In this document: positions 9,601 through 18,624 of the stretch, in pieces
How positions within the stretch are numbered: position 1 is the stretch's first letter
Layout of the letters: each line of letters begins with the position of its first letter
Source of the DNA: a virus
Length of the DNA: 64,000 bases
Reading direction: 5' to 3' (one strand)
IMG/VR virus record: IMGVR_UViG_3300032435_000001
Notes under the pieces: generated by a model
The model's database searches: none
The model's input: only the letters and a program-made list of their open reading frames with translations
Told to the model about the DNA's origin: nothing
Position numbers and translations under genes: made by a program

Positions 9601-12239
9601 TATTTGGTAGTGATATGTATTATTTCCAAGATAACTTTGGTAAGGCTTTTCTATTTTTAGGGTCACTACCAATTAAAACTGGTGTTTCTACTGCTTTAAA
9701 TGAGACTATTTTAGGTCTATTTAATTATAGGGGTGGTTTTGTTGATGTACCATATTCTTGGATTTTACGATTAGGTTCAATTATTTACAGAATGGAAAAA
9801 GGGCTTAAGGGTGATGGGGATATAATAAAATATAAAACTTCTACATACGATTTAGCCCCTAGGGGTTCTATAGAGGTAAACCTAGGAAGTAATAAACTTT
9901 TATTTCTATCAAGTAGTGATGGGACTAATGTTATTTTAGATGGTAAAATTAGTTATGATATTGATGCCATCATAACGGGTTTCCCTCAACAAGTTAGGGA
10001 TAAATTCTCTAAAGAATTTGAGAGTTGGGTTAACGGTGATTTTGAAAAAATAATGAGTGAATTTGAAATTTTCAAACCTAACACTAAAAATGTTGAAAGA
10101 TATAAATTCTGGGGTAGACTAAACAAAGGTTTAAAAAGTAATTTGAATGTGACTTTAAAAGATAGTATTTTAAGTGATAATTTTTTAAAAAATTACAACT
10201 TGATATTAGCTAATTATAATGATACTAAATACAAGGCCGGTGTTAGTAGTGTTCTTACTGAAAATGAAGTTCTTCTTGAAATGAGGAAATTTGATAGTCA
10301 TAGTTATTTTAATTTCGTACTAGGTTTCAAACCTGATAGTGAGGGTGTTAAATTACTTAAAGATTTTATTTTTGACAGTAGGGTAATCACAAATGCGGCC
10401 CCTAATATTTGGGAAAAACACGATGTAAATGACACATCGTCTCATCTTGGTGTTAGTGTAACTAATTACAAACTTTATTACACGACTTTAGTGAATACGT
10501 ATGCTACTTTAAGTGAAGATACCACTATCACAGTTAATACTGAAAATGAGGTTAAAGCTCAAATATTCAACTCTATTGATAATGATGATATAAAACTAAA
10601 CATATATAAGAAATTAAAACTCATATATGATAAGTGGGTTTGCGGTAGTAGCACTAGATATGAGGATATTAAAGGTGATTTATTTGATAGTTTTAAATTT
10701 TTAGATAGAGGTTATAATGATATAACTAGCACTTTTTTAATTAACCCAGTTGTTATGAATGAGCACCTTATAGGTAGTTATAATCAAAGTTTTTACTCCT
10801 ATATTGGTAAAGTTTTACCAGATAACAACATTGATTTCTTCTCATTACCATCATATATAGATTATAATAGTAGTGCTGAATTAAGTAATGTTTTTAAACC
10901 ATATATGTATAATAACGTACCTAAAAATTCTGGTCCATCATTTATATGTATGTATATTGGGGAAAGGTCTAGTCAATTAAATTTAACTGAAGATGGTTCT
11001 TATGTGGACGATTCTTTCAACCTTAACATTAATGATGATAAAACTCTTGATTTAACTGATTTCCCACCAGACATGGTACAAGGTGATAGAAAACTACCTG
11101 TTTTTATGGTTAATTATGGTGATGATAATCAGAGTGTCTTTAATGATATTCAGTTGGACCAATCAGAATTCACTGCAACTGATGAGTACCTAACAACCGT
11201 TGATGAGATAACCAATAGTCGTGGTATCGGTCAAAATTTATTTGATATTTATAACACTAGAGCCTACACAGCTAATGTTGAGATGTTAGGTAACGCCATG
11301 ATACAACCATTAATGTATTTTCAGTTAAATGGTATACCTATTTTTAGAGGTTTGTATAATATTATTAAGGTAAAACATGATATAACACCTAATTCTATGA
11401 AAACCAATTTTACTGGTGTTAGGTCTCGTAAAACTAAAAGTAAGTTAGTAGATAAATCTACAATATTTTTGAACGTGTTAGGTTCATTATCCGACATAGT
11501 AACCGATGGTTCGACTTTAGATGGTAGTGGTAGAACCTCTAGTGGTGCTAGTAATAGTGAACTATCTAAACATATTATTTACCAATTAAGTACAGGTAAA
11601 GGTATTGCATCTAAAACCGTAACTAATAATTACGGTCTTAAAGATGTGGTTGATTTCTTAACGTTATTAGGTGTAAGATGGAATGATTTTGTAGTGGGAG
11701 GTGGAAAAAATTACTCACCTGTGATTAGAGTTAATGACCTGTCTAAAAGAGAAGGTGAATTAATCACGACTGTTAAGGATAATAAAACAGTACCAACTCA
11801 TAAGTCGCATAACAATGGTGTTGATGTTGATATTAGACCATTCATTAAAGACCCTAAGGCGAATGAAGGTGTTAATATCAAGGGTGAAAACAGTAAATAC
11901 TCTAGAGAGGCTACTGACGCTTTTTTCGACATTTTATTAACATTAAATGGTGAGTATAAAGGGTGGGGTAAAAACTCACCTATTAATGTGATTTATTTTA
12001 ACGATGAAGTAATAATAAGTAAGTACAATAAGAAGGTTTATAACGGTAAATCAGCTAGAGTTCAAGAAGAGAAAGGTCATGATACCCATTTACACATACA
12101 ATTTAACACACCAGAAGCATTATCATCTGGTACGTTAGATTCTGGGATACCAACGGAAGCTGGTTTACTTGTGAAAGTATCAGCTAAACTTGTTAATTCT
12201 AACTTTGATTCTTCAAAAAAATATTTAGGTGAATTATGA
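6666..12239 (+). CDS. Large baseplate hub protein with a C-terminal Zn murein endopeptidase (MepA/LAS-type) domain
   Basis: Hub-like C-terminal block ANVEMLGNAMIQP..F.L..IPIFRGLY.IIKVKHDI, then HKSHNNGVDVD (HxxxxxxD) and HDTHLH (HxH) zinc-peptidase motifs. Confidence 0.65.
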   Translation: MVDNTNNNATNAGKVIYVDPNPKGNIIKTPEDFAISVELVTTKKKRTAIEIVKGGDTYVDTGSSKTKISFIDGSKVNGEGVQKSLTTLYTEVGNNFNKTNTDLETLGISNISIEFNSSYAPMVSIDFVDTRGKLFEMGNNSPYSVFFELPFPVFELTVKGFYGSAVKYKLHLYKFNGKFNSSKGSFEVKCNFIGYTYAFLSDILIGYLKALPYTNIGGKIIDELNALNVGTKNNFLTFDELNVGIKKLSNDIKVLKSDNVDVQVLSLSGKLTSSLSEFKSTFEAEFINILNTTNDITGGGGGGKWGANILTDTTAPTISSVIETYNTNITNKIKELNKNEGGLGSKYPLDLNLFLATEGVTYLKDLTVKGPDVFKGKTKLVSDVYDRVNFILLTNMKLAEEKTVNLFIFDKAIDSINQIIASLSSDSKQIVNTLGDDYTNMVGDAFPDGNFTSSLGDFFRILCNHVDIFLDVIRQVAVAAEKDKIDRKKQLEGIDFGEGLTKFNGGTNDDIGSIKAFPDYREKNTDNTLEDKWIGVKAPNMPEVMLVEEILNGLIKSKIKDDEVLEEITNNESSTTTQDWIPVNPFDTVIYYKSNPYESLKEEGRDYDYLRLSLFRFITLNGFTNSGLTPDEIKAFAIAEANTIFNSIKNNEVKLNFKSLTYASITDGFSSANPNANANYKNYSTKTPSATATPTATTTAFTTGALPTGQLDLSVTTPPNVVSNVKTRVISLATSGERYFYTYTPTKNNDGSLSNKIQFIPFRVDSRKDLSGDSNNDLSNSDRVTQRDGGKKTFYNPLYYVKQAQEDGKRNKLDNGTTFIDFLTISDYNRESPSFVDYVAAGLEKSVEPLTMSAENKITGGLFLGKFGVLDYASIKNSNGIDMLSKTLFYNNPKKTTFFYTAIKEKADNSSYFTVDSNLKVVPMNKTAVTSFESNINPVVVANERYVAITDEVLYGKINKGDLNDVNISNLDLTPGYSLFGSDMYYFQDNFGKAFLFLGSLPIKTGVSTALNETILGLFNYRGGFVDVPYSWILRLGSIIYRMEKGLKGDGDIIKYKTSTYDLAPRGSIEVNLGSNKLLFLSSSDGTNVILDGKISYDIDAIITGFPQQVRDKFSKEFESWVNGDFEKIMSEFEIFKPNTKNVERYKFWGRLNKGLKSNLNVTLKDSILSDNFLKNYNLILANYNDTKYKAGVSSVLTENEVLLEMRKFDSHSYFNFVLGFKPDSEGVKLLKDFIFDSRVITNAAPNIWEKHDVNDTSSHLGVSVTNYKLYYTTLVNTYATLSEDTTITVNTENEVKAQIFNSIDNDDIKLNIYKKLKLIYDKWVCGSSTRYEDIKGDLFDSFKFLDRGYNDITSTFLINPVVMNEHLIGSYNQSFYSYIGKVLPDNNIDFFSLPSYIDYNSSAELSNVFKPYMYNNVPKNSGPSFICMYIGERSSQLNLTEDGSYVDDSFNLNINDDKTLDLTDFPPDMVQGDRKLPVFMVNYGDDNQSVFNDIQLDQSEFTATDEYLTTVDEITNSRGIGQNLFDIYNTRAYTANVEMLGNAMIQPLMYFQLNGIPIFRGLYNIIKVKHDITPNSMKTNFTGVRSRKTKSKLVDKSTIFLNVLGSLSDIVTDGSTLDGSGRTSSGASNSELSKHIIYQLSTGKGIASKTVTNNYGLKDVVDFLTLLGVRWNDFVVGGGKNYSPVIRVNDLSKREGELITTVKDNKTVPTHKSHNNGVDVDIRPFIKDPKANEGVNIKGENSKYSREATDAFFDILLTLNGEYKGWGKNSPINVIYFNDEVIISKYNKKVYNGKSARVQEEKGHDTHLHIQFNTPEALSSGTLDSGIPTEAGLLVKVSAKLVNSNFDSSKKYLGEL

Positions 12240-12868
12240 TGAGTAATAAAGAAAAAGCAGTATTAGATTTAATAGCGTTCGCTGAGGGTACTTTAGGTGT
12301 TTCGCAGAATGGTTATGATGTATCATATAATCATTACACAATTAAGGGTTGGACACCTGATACAACTATGAAACATGGTGGTGACAAATGGTTAAAACAA
12401 CAAGGTTTCGTATTTAAAATAAAAGGTGTGAATATTACCGACATAGCCGCTGGTAGATATCAATTCCTATTTAGCACTTGGAATGACCCCAGTGGAGGTC
12501 AAGGTCTGGCGTTCAGTAAAAATAATCAAGATTTAACCGCTTTAAAATTAGTTAAACGAAGATTAGGTTTTAAAGATTTTGAGGATAGAAGTGTTTCTAT
12601 TGATGACTTATCTGCGAATAAAGCTGATAGAGAAAAATTTGACATTTTTTTAAATAAAATTTCCCCTGAATGGGCTTCAATACCAGTAAGTAAAGATATG
12701 ATTAGGTATTATAGGGGTAAAGATAAAAAGGTTCATAATCAAAAAGCGATTAAAAAGGGAGATTCATTTTACGGTCAACTTGATGAAACTAAGAAACAAA
12801 CTATAAATCCTGATAGTTTATACAGAATTTTTTTAGAAGCTTTAAGGTTATATGATGCTAAAAAATAG
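12236..12868 (+). CDS. Lambda-R-like lysozyme / lytic transglycosylase (GH104-like)
   Basis: LDLIAFAEGT (catalytic Glu), AAGRYQF, QD..A, EWAS.P motifs. Confidence 0.85.
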   Translation: MMSNKEKAVLDLIAFAEGTLGVSQNGYDVSYNHYTIKGWTPDTTMKHGGDKWLKQQGFVFKIKGVNITDIAAGRYQFLFSTWNDPSGGQGLAFSKNNQDLTALKLVKRRLGFKDFEDRSVSIDDLSANKADREKFDIFLNKISPEWASIPVSKDMIRYYRGKDKKVHNQKAIKKGDSFYGQLDETKKQTINPDSLYRIFLEALRLYDAKK

Positions 12869-12876
12869 TATATTTG
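12869..12876 (+). promoter_or_regulatory. Bacteroidota-type -7 element TATATTTG, 4 nt before ATG
   Basis: Matches TAnnTTTG; no clear -33 element. Confidence 0.5.
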
Positions 12877-12880
12877 CCAA

Positions 12881-13480
12881 ATGATAGGTAATATAGTAAG
12901 TGATATTGATGTAAATGTAGGTTGTGAGTTTAACTATTCTAAAAGTTTAGATGGTATAGACTCACAACTACCTACATTAATTATTGGTTTCGACTTATCT
13001 AAAGAATTGTTAAATAGTGTTGACGTTTTAAATAGAAAAGTTAATGATAGTTTATTTTGGACATTCACGAAAAGGGAGTATAGAAAATTGTTTAATAATG
13101 ATATAGAAGATTTTACGCAATTTTGTTACACAACGTCAGTTAATCAAATAAGTTATATTTATATTGATTTATTACAAATGAAACCAACTACTTTATTTAA
13201 AATATATCGTAAGATAAACTCACTAAATAACTTATATTCATACGAATATGATAATAAAATGTTATATATATATTCAGATAACTTAATATTTGGCTTTGAC
13301 TTAGAATTATATACTTTTGTTGGTGGGGATGTTGAAAAGGTTAAAACTAAAATAAAAGATAAAAGTTTGGTCTTTTTGAGTGGTAATGGGGTATATATAG
13401 AGTATACAAATTATATGGAAAGGTTAAATTACGAACCTAAGTACATACCATATTTGGAATACTTAAATAAAAATGAATAA
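12881..13480 (+). CDS. Hypothetical protein
   Basis: 199-aa ORF preceded by a promoter motif. Confidence 0.7.
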   Translation: MIGNIVSDIDVNVGCEFNYSKSLDGIDSQLPTLIIGFDLSKELLNSVDVLNRKVNDSLFWTFTKREYRKLFNNDIEDFTQFCYTTSVNQISYIYIDLLQMKPTTLFKIYRKINSLNNLYSYEYDNKMLYIYSDNLIFGFDLELYTFVGGDVEKVKTKIKDKSLVFLSGNGVYIEYTNYMERLNYEPKYIPYLEYLNKNE

Positions 13481-13880
13481 AACACTACTATTAGCCTCTT
13501 TTGTTTATCTTGATAAGATAGATGAAAGGAAAAAACATTTGAAAGAAAACTTCAACATAGATGAAAATAATGTATTCATCTATGAAATTGAGGGTGAACA
13601 AGAAAAATTTCTCATCACTTTCAAAATTATAGTAGAGAATGGTGAAAGATTGGACATTAAAAAACATTTTAAGAATACGATTCTAATTCATAAGAAATCA
13701 TCAACACTATACACTATAAATGCGTTAAATGAGTTAATCATATCACAACATAAACTAAACCCATTATTAAAACATAATTTTAAAGAATATAAAATTGATT
13801 GGGTTAATTATGAGAGTAAATTATTAATGATTAATAATAATAATTTAACTTCGTTAAGTTTAAATAGAATTTTCCCTTAA
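13473..13880 (+). CDS. Hypothetical phage protein
   Basis: 135-aa ORF overlapping the previous stop. Confidence 0.7.
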   Translation: MNKTLLLASFVYLDKIDERKKHLKENFNIDENNVFIYEIEGEQEKFLITFKIIVENGERLDIKKHFKNTILIHKKSSTLYTINALNELIISQHKLNPLLKHNFKEYKIDWVNYESKLLMINNNNLTSLSLNRIFP

Positions 13881-13923
13881 TTGCGTATATTTATTATTAA
13901 ATAATAAACTTAAAAAAAATGTT

Positions 13924-14085
13924 ATGTTAGATAAAAAGATTGAAAAAAAATTAGATAAATTTCTAAACCCTTTAGATACTGAAGAATGTTTAAGTGATGA
14001 ATGTGTTATTAAATCTGATAAAAGTATTGTTGAAAGAATAAATAAAAAAGTTATTACTGAAGACGGTAGACAATTATTAACTTAA
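13924..14085 (+). CDS. Small 53-aa protein missing from the ORF track (MLDKKIEKKLDKFLNPLDTEECLSDECVIKSDKSIVERINKKVITEDGRQLLT)
   Basis: Translated by hand; TATTTAT at 13888 upstream, A-rich leader, stop 1 nt before the next ATG. Confidence 0.7.
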   Translation: MLDKKIEKKLDKFLNPLDTEECLSDECVIKSDKSIVERINKKVITEDGRQLLT

Positions 14086-14086
14086 T

Positions 14087-14794
14087 ATGAAAAAACCAAT
14101 GAAATCGTTAAATGAGGAATTGAAAAAATTCCAAAAAATAATTGAATATAATCATTACACTCCTGAGAATTACCATGAGGATGATTTATCTATTGTGATG
14201 GAGGACGAACCAGAAATGGGAGATGAAGATGGTATGGGTACCGAACCAGAAATGGGGGGTGAAGATGACATGGGTAACGAACCAGAAATGGGCGGTGAAG
14301 ATGAAATGGTTAGTGAACCAGAAACGGGAGATGAAGATGAAATGGTTAGTGAACCAGAAACGGGAGATGAAGTGGAAATTGATATCACCCAATTAGTTCA
14401 AGGTACTGAGGATGCTAAAATGTTAGCCCAACAATCTAATCAAAAGATTGATATGTTAATGAACCAATTTGATGAATTAACAAATAAGATATCTAATATA
14501 GATAATATATCAAATAGAATTGAAGGTCTTAGTGCTGAAATGGAGAAAAGATTACCTACTGACCAAGAAAAATTGGAAATGAGGTCTTTAAGTTCTTACC
14601 CTTATAATCAAAAACTTACTGATTATTGGTTTGATAAAGAAGGTACTTACGATGTTATGGGTAATAAAGAGGAAAATAAACCTAAAGAGTATGTCTTAAC
14701 TAAAAACGATGTTGATTCTGGTTATAGTGATGGTAAAATAAAGGCATCATTTAACTCAAATAACGATAATGAATTCGAGGAGGAAGATATTTAA
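14087..14794 (+). CDS. Acidic coiled-coil protein, possibly scaffold/internal head protein
   Basis: N-terminal LNEE motif, acidic repeat, coiled coil. Confidence 0.55.
   Translation: MKKPMKSLNEELKKFQKIIEYNHYTPENYHEDDLSIVMEDEPEMGDEDGMGTEPEMGGEDDMGNEPEMGGEDEMVSEPETGDEDEMVSEPETGDEVEIDITQLVQGTEDAKMLAQQSNQKIDMLMNQFDELTNKISNIDNISNRIEGLSAEMEKRLPTDQEKLEMRSLSSYPYNQKLTDYWFDKEGTYDVMGNKEENKPKEYVLTKNDVDSGYSDGKIKASFNSNNDNEFEEEDI
14207..14371 (+). repeat. 36-bp in-frame tandem repeat (EPEMGGEDDMGN-like), about 4.6 copies
   Basis: gaaccagaaa recurs at 14207, 14243, 14279, 14315 and 14351. Confidence 0.9.
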
Positions 14795-14820
14795 TAAGTA
14801 AAAAAAATACTACATATATT

Positions 14821-14850
14821 AAAAAAAACCGCTAAATAGCGGTTTTTTTT
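14821..14850. terminator. Bidirectional intrinsic terminator
   Basis: aaaaaaaaccgcta-aa-tagcggtttttttt. Confidence 0.85.
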
Positions 14851-14868
14851 ATATCTTATTTCATTAAC

Positions 14869-14899
14869 TTGTGATTTAAAATAAAAGTTGGTATATTTG
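14869..14899 (+). promoter_or_regulatory. Bacteroidota host-type promoter TTG-N20-TATATTTG upstream of ssb
   Basis: Matches the -33/-7 consensus and its spacing. Confidence 0.7.
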
Positions 14900-14919
14900 T
14901 TAAGTATTAGAATAAACAC

Positions 14920-14947
14920 TTTACTTTTAAAACTTTTAAAGTATATT
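14920..14947 (+). promoter_or_regulatory. TTTACT-N16-TATATT second promoter upstream of ssb
   Basis: Recurrent motif class. Confidence 0.55.
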
Positions 14948-14986
14948 TTAATAAATAAATAAATAAAATAAAATAAAATTATCATT

Positions 14987-15856
14987 ATGAGTTCATTAGA
15001 TGCTATATTAGCACAGTACGAAAAAAACGAGAGACCATCAAGTGGGAGAAAAGTTACAGATTTAAAAGATTATTTCACAACTTATTTACCTGATGGTCAA
15101 AATTCAAAAACTAAAACGATTAGAATTTTACCTATGGCAGATGGCTCATCACCGTTCGTAGAAGTTTACGGACATTCTATTCAAGTTGATGGGGCATGGA
15201 GAAAATTTATGTGTCCAAAACACCAAAAAAATGAACCTTGTCCATTTTGCGAAGCTAGGGAACTTTTATTAGCATCTGGTAAAGAAAGCGACAAGGAGTT
15301 AGCTAAAAAATACAACGCTAGAAAGATGTACATAGTTAAATTAATCGATAGAGAATTTGAGGAGGAAGGTCCTAAGTTCTGGAGATTTAACCATGACTTT
15401 AGAAAAACTGGTGTTTTCGACAAAATTGTAGATTTACTTAAGTCTGGTGTTGGGGAAATAATGCACCCTGAAGTTGGTAGAGATTTATCAGTTAACATCT
15501 CAAGAGACCAATTGAAAAAGCCATTCGTTTCGTCAATTATACACAAAGACATTTCACCTTTATCAACTAACCCAGAGTTATCTAAAACTTTTTTATCAGA
15601 CGAAAGAACTTGGGAAGATATCTACGCAGTTAAATCTTATGATTATTTATTTATAATAGTGTCTGGTGGTATTCCATTTTATGATAAAGACGCTAAGAAA
15701 TATGTTGATAAGAAAAATATCAAAGAAGGTAACGATTTATCTGACGCTGATTATGGTAGTGGTTTAACGATTACTAAAGAAAGTTTTGCAACTAATAACA
15801 CATCTAGTTCATCTAGTTCATCTAGTAATGACTCACCAGATGATTTACCGTTTTAA
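14987..15856 (+). CDS. Single-stranded DNA-binding protein, T4 gp32-like
   Basis: IRILP..PF.E..H..C..CPFC Zn site, acidic/Ser tail ending DDLPF. Confidence 0.8.
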   Translation: MSSLDAILAQYEKNERPSSGRKVTDLKDYFTTYLPDGQNSKTKTIRILPMADGSSPFVEVYGHSIQVDGAWRKFMCPKHQKNEPCPFCEARELLLASGKESDKELAKKYNARKMYIVKLIDREFEEEGPKFWRFNHDFRKTGVFDKIVDLLKSGVGEIMHPEVGRDLSVNISRDQLKKPFVSSIIHKDISPLSTNPELSKTFLSDERTWEDIYAVKSYDYLFIIVSGGIPFYDKDAKKYVDKKNIKEGNDLSDADYGSGLTITKESFATNNTSSSSSSSSNDSPDDLPF

Positions 15857-15874
15857 GGTAAGTAATTTAATGAT

Positions 15875-15910
15875 AAATAAGGTAAAACCATATATGGTTT
15901 TACCTTATTT
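15875..15910. repeat. Perfect 36-bp palindrome between ssb and recA (possible terminator/processing stem)
   Basis: aaataaggtaaaaccata|tatggttttaccttattt. Confidence 0.8.
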
Positions 15911-15954
15911 TATCTTAAAATTTTAAAAATAATAAGTTTAAATATAAATATAAA

Positions 15955-17061
15955 ATGGGTAAAGCACCGAAAAAAACTAATGTTATAGATAAAAATGATT
16001 TCGATTTAGATGCATTCTTAGAGTCTGAAAATATAGTAACTGTATCACAAGATAAAGAATTATCTTGGGTTCCACTATCTAAAGCTTGGCATGATGCGAT
16101 TAAACTACCAGGTTTCCCAAGAGGATTCGTTAGTCTTGTAAGAGGCTACTCAAATACTGGTAAATCAACCGCTTTTTATGAGGCTATCGCAGGTACTCAA
16201 AAAATTGGTGACCTTGCAATAGTAATTGAAACCGAAGGTAATTGGAATGTTGACCATGCTAAGAAAATAGGTGTTAAATTCAAAGAATTTGTTGATGCCA
16301 AAACTGGTGAGATAACTGAAAAACCAGATGGTTTTATTCTTATGAGAAGTAAGGATATTTACGATAAGTATAAATGTTACAATCATCAAGATAGTAAGAT
16401 GATGACCAAACCAACTAGAGGTGAGCCAGTTATTGAGGATGTTTCACTTTTTATTAGTGAAATGATTCAAAAACAAGAAGATGGTTTAATAAGAAAAAAC
16501 ATTGTATTCCTTTGGGATTCAATTGGTACATTAAATTGCTACAAATCAGCTTGTTCTAATTCTAGTAATAATATGTGGAATGCTGGTGCAATGGGTGCCT
16601 TCCAAGCTATTGTCAACTTTAAAATACCATCTAGTAGAGCAGTAGATAGTTTATATATCAATACAATGATTTGCGTTCAGAAAATATGGTTAGATAATAT
16701 GAATGGTACTGTGATTAAACACAAAGGTGGTGAGTTTATGTTCTTCAATTCTAGGATTATAGTCCATGTTGGTGGTATATTAACACATGGTACTAAAAAA
16801 CTAACAGCTAAAGCTTTAAATCAAGATTTCCAATATGGAACTGAAGCTAAAATTAGATGTGAGAAAAATCATGTTACTGGTATTGAGAGAAATGGTACGA
16901 TAGCTTCCACACCACATGGTTATATTAACCCAAATGAATTGGATGAGTATAAGAAAGAACATAGACAATTCATTCATGACGCTTTAAATGTTGATTACGA
17001 TACAGTGATTGAGTATTTAAGTGAGGACGGTCAACTTGAAGGTGATGATATTATAGAATAG
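15955..17061 (+). CDS. RecA/UvsX-like recombinase
   Basis: G.PRG, Walker A GYSNTGKST, IETE, Walker B FLWDSI, GG, KNH motifs. Confidence 0.85.
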   Translation: MGKAPKKTNVIDKNDFDLDAFLESENIVTVSQDKELSWVPLSKAWHDAIKLPGFPRGFVSLVRGYSNTGKSTAFYEAIAGTQKIGDLAIVIETEGNWNVDHAKKIGVKFKEFVDAKTGEITEKPDGFILMRSKDIYDKYKCYNHQDSKMMTKPTRGEPVIEDVSLFISEMIQKQEDGLIRKNIVFLWDSIGTLNCYKSACSNSSNNMWNAGAMGAFQAIVNFKIPSSRAVDSLYINTMICVQKIWLDNMNGTVIKHKGGEFMFFNSRIIVHVGGILTHGTKKLTAKALNQDFQYGTEAKIRCEKNHVTGIERNGTIASTPHGYINPNELDEYKKEHRQFIHDALNVDYDTVIEYLSEDGQLEGDDIIE

Positions 17062-17066
17062 AATAT

Positions 17067-18116
17067 ATGAGAAGAGCACCTAGAAAAGATAATCTTGGGA
17101 AAGAAATTAAAACATTACTAATAGATGGTAACGCTCTGTTTAAAACGGGTTATCATGGTGCTATAAACGATTATAACGATGATGGGAGGACTATAGGGGG
17201 TATTTACCAATTTGTGGTCATCATGAGAAAGTTAATCGATGAGAAGTATTATGATAGAGTTTTCGTCTTTTGGGATGGTAAATTTAGTGGTAAATTAAGA
17301 TATAATCTTTATTCCGATTACAAAGGTAATCGGAATAAAGATTATATAAATGGTACAATACCAGATGATAAGGACCAAATATTACAACGTTTGATAGTTC
17401 AAGAGTACCTAGAAGAATTATTTATTAGACAATTAGAGGATGAAATAGTTGAAAGTGATGATTTTATTTCGTATTTTTGTAAAACTAAAGGATTAAATGA
17501 GAAAATAACTATATGCACTAATGATAGAGATTTATGTCAATTAATAGATACTGATATTACGATTTATTTATGTGATAAGAAAAGATATGTCTCAGTTTGT
17601 AATTATAATGAGTTTTTTAAACATCACCATACAAATTCAGCTTTAGTTAAAATCATCAGTGGTGATAATAGTGATAATATTAAAGGTATCAAAGGAGTTA
17701 AAGAACCTTCACTTTTAAAGTACTTTCCGTTTATAGCTGAAAGAAGTTGCACCTTAGTTGAGATTATTAATGATGCTAAAAAATTACAGAATCAAAGATT
17801 AGTGGAGAAAAAGAAACCATTAAAAGTATTTGATAATTTAATCAATAGCGTTACAGATGGGATACAAGGAAAGGATATTTATAAAATTAATAAACTTCTA
17901 GTTGATTTAACCACGCCTCAAATTACTTTGAGTGGTATTAATAAATTAGAAATATTAAAAAATGGTGTTATTGACCCACAAAACAGGGGTGTTAAGAACG
18001 TTATTAATTTAATGAGAAGAGATGGTATTGATAAGAAATTTTCTGATGTTTCAGAATACTTAATACCATTTAATAGATTGATTGAGAGAGAAAAAAAAAT
18101 GTTTAACAAAAATTAG
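17067..18116 (+). CDS. 5'-3' exonuclease / flap endonuclease (PolI N-terminal domain or T4 RNase H-like)
   Basis: LLIDGN, VFWDG, YK.NR, ESDD, DRDL.Q, GD.SDNI.GIKG (H3TH) motifs. Confidence 0.9.
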   Translation: MRRAPRKDNLGKEIKTLLIDGNALFKTGYHGAINDYNDDGRTIGGIYQFVVIMRKLIDEKYYDRVFVFWDGKFSGKLRYNLYSDYKGNRNKDYINGTIPDDKDQILQRLIVQEYLEELFIRQLEDEIVESDDFISYFCKTKGLNEKITICTNDRDLCQLIDTDITIYLCDKKRYVSVCNYNEFFKHHHTNSALVKIISGDNSDNIKGIKGVKEPSLLKYFPFIAERSCTLVEIINDAKKLQNQRLVEKKKPLKVFDNLINSVTDGIQGKDIYKINKLLVDLTTPQITLSGINKLEILKNGVIDPQNRGVKNVINLMRRDGIDKKFSDVSEYLIPFNRLIEREKKMFNKN

Positions 18117-18120
18117 TGTT

Positions 18121-18615
18121 ATGAGAAAAAATGTTGAAAAGCCGTTATTTGAGTTTTCGTTGTTTATTAATAAAAACATTGTATGTCAAAGAAGTTTTGA
18201 TGTCTATGGTTTTAATGCGGACTCCTTAGGTTCTTATGAGTTAAAAGAAATGATGAATGAGATTTCTGGTGTTAACAACGATTTAGGTAGGTTAGGTATT
18301 ATACCTAAATTCTTAAAAAGTAAAAGTGATGATTATTTATGGGATAATTACAACCCACATATACATCAAAAAACGGAAGATATATTTATCCAAGATATAC
18401 TTGAGATAGATGATAATTTCCAATTCGAAGTGAGAATGGGTGGTAAATTAATAACCAGCTCTAACTTTAGTGGTAATTTATTCCCGCCAAGGGTTAGATA
18501 CCAAGTTAATATCAGAGAAATCATTTTTGATATTATTGGTGAGATAAGAGAATTTTTGACTAGGAAAGAATACACAGCAATTAGTGAAGTGTATAACGAA
18601 CAACCAGTAAATTAA
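18121..18615 (+). CDS. Hypothetical protein (start moved to ATG 18121)
   Basis: ORF filling the gap between the exonuclease and the helicase. Confidence 0.65.
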   Translation: MRKNVEKPLFEFSLFINKNIVCQRSFDVYGFNADSLGSYELKEMMNEISGVNNDLGRLGIIPKFLKSKSDDYLWDNYNPHIHQKTEDIFIQDILEIDDNFQFEVRMGGKLITSSNFSGNLFPPRVRYQVNIREIIFDIIGEIREFLTRKEYTAISEVYNEQPVN

Positions 18616-18624
18616 TATTAACAT

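Noticed and set aside
14207-14371. CRISPR-like 36-bp periodicity
   Set aside because: In-frame coding tandem repeat with no unique spacers and no cas operon; the Cas4-like nuclease is a stand-alone phage exonuclease
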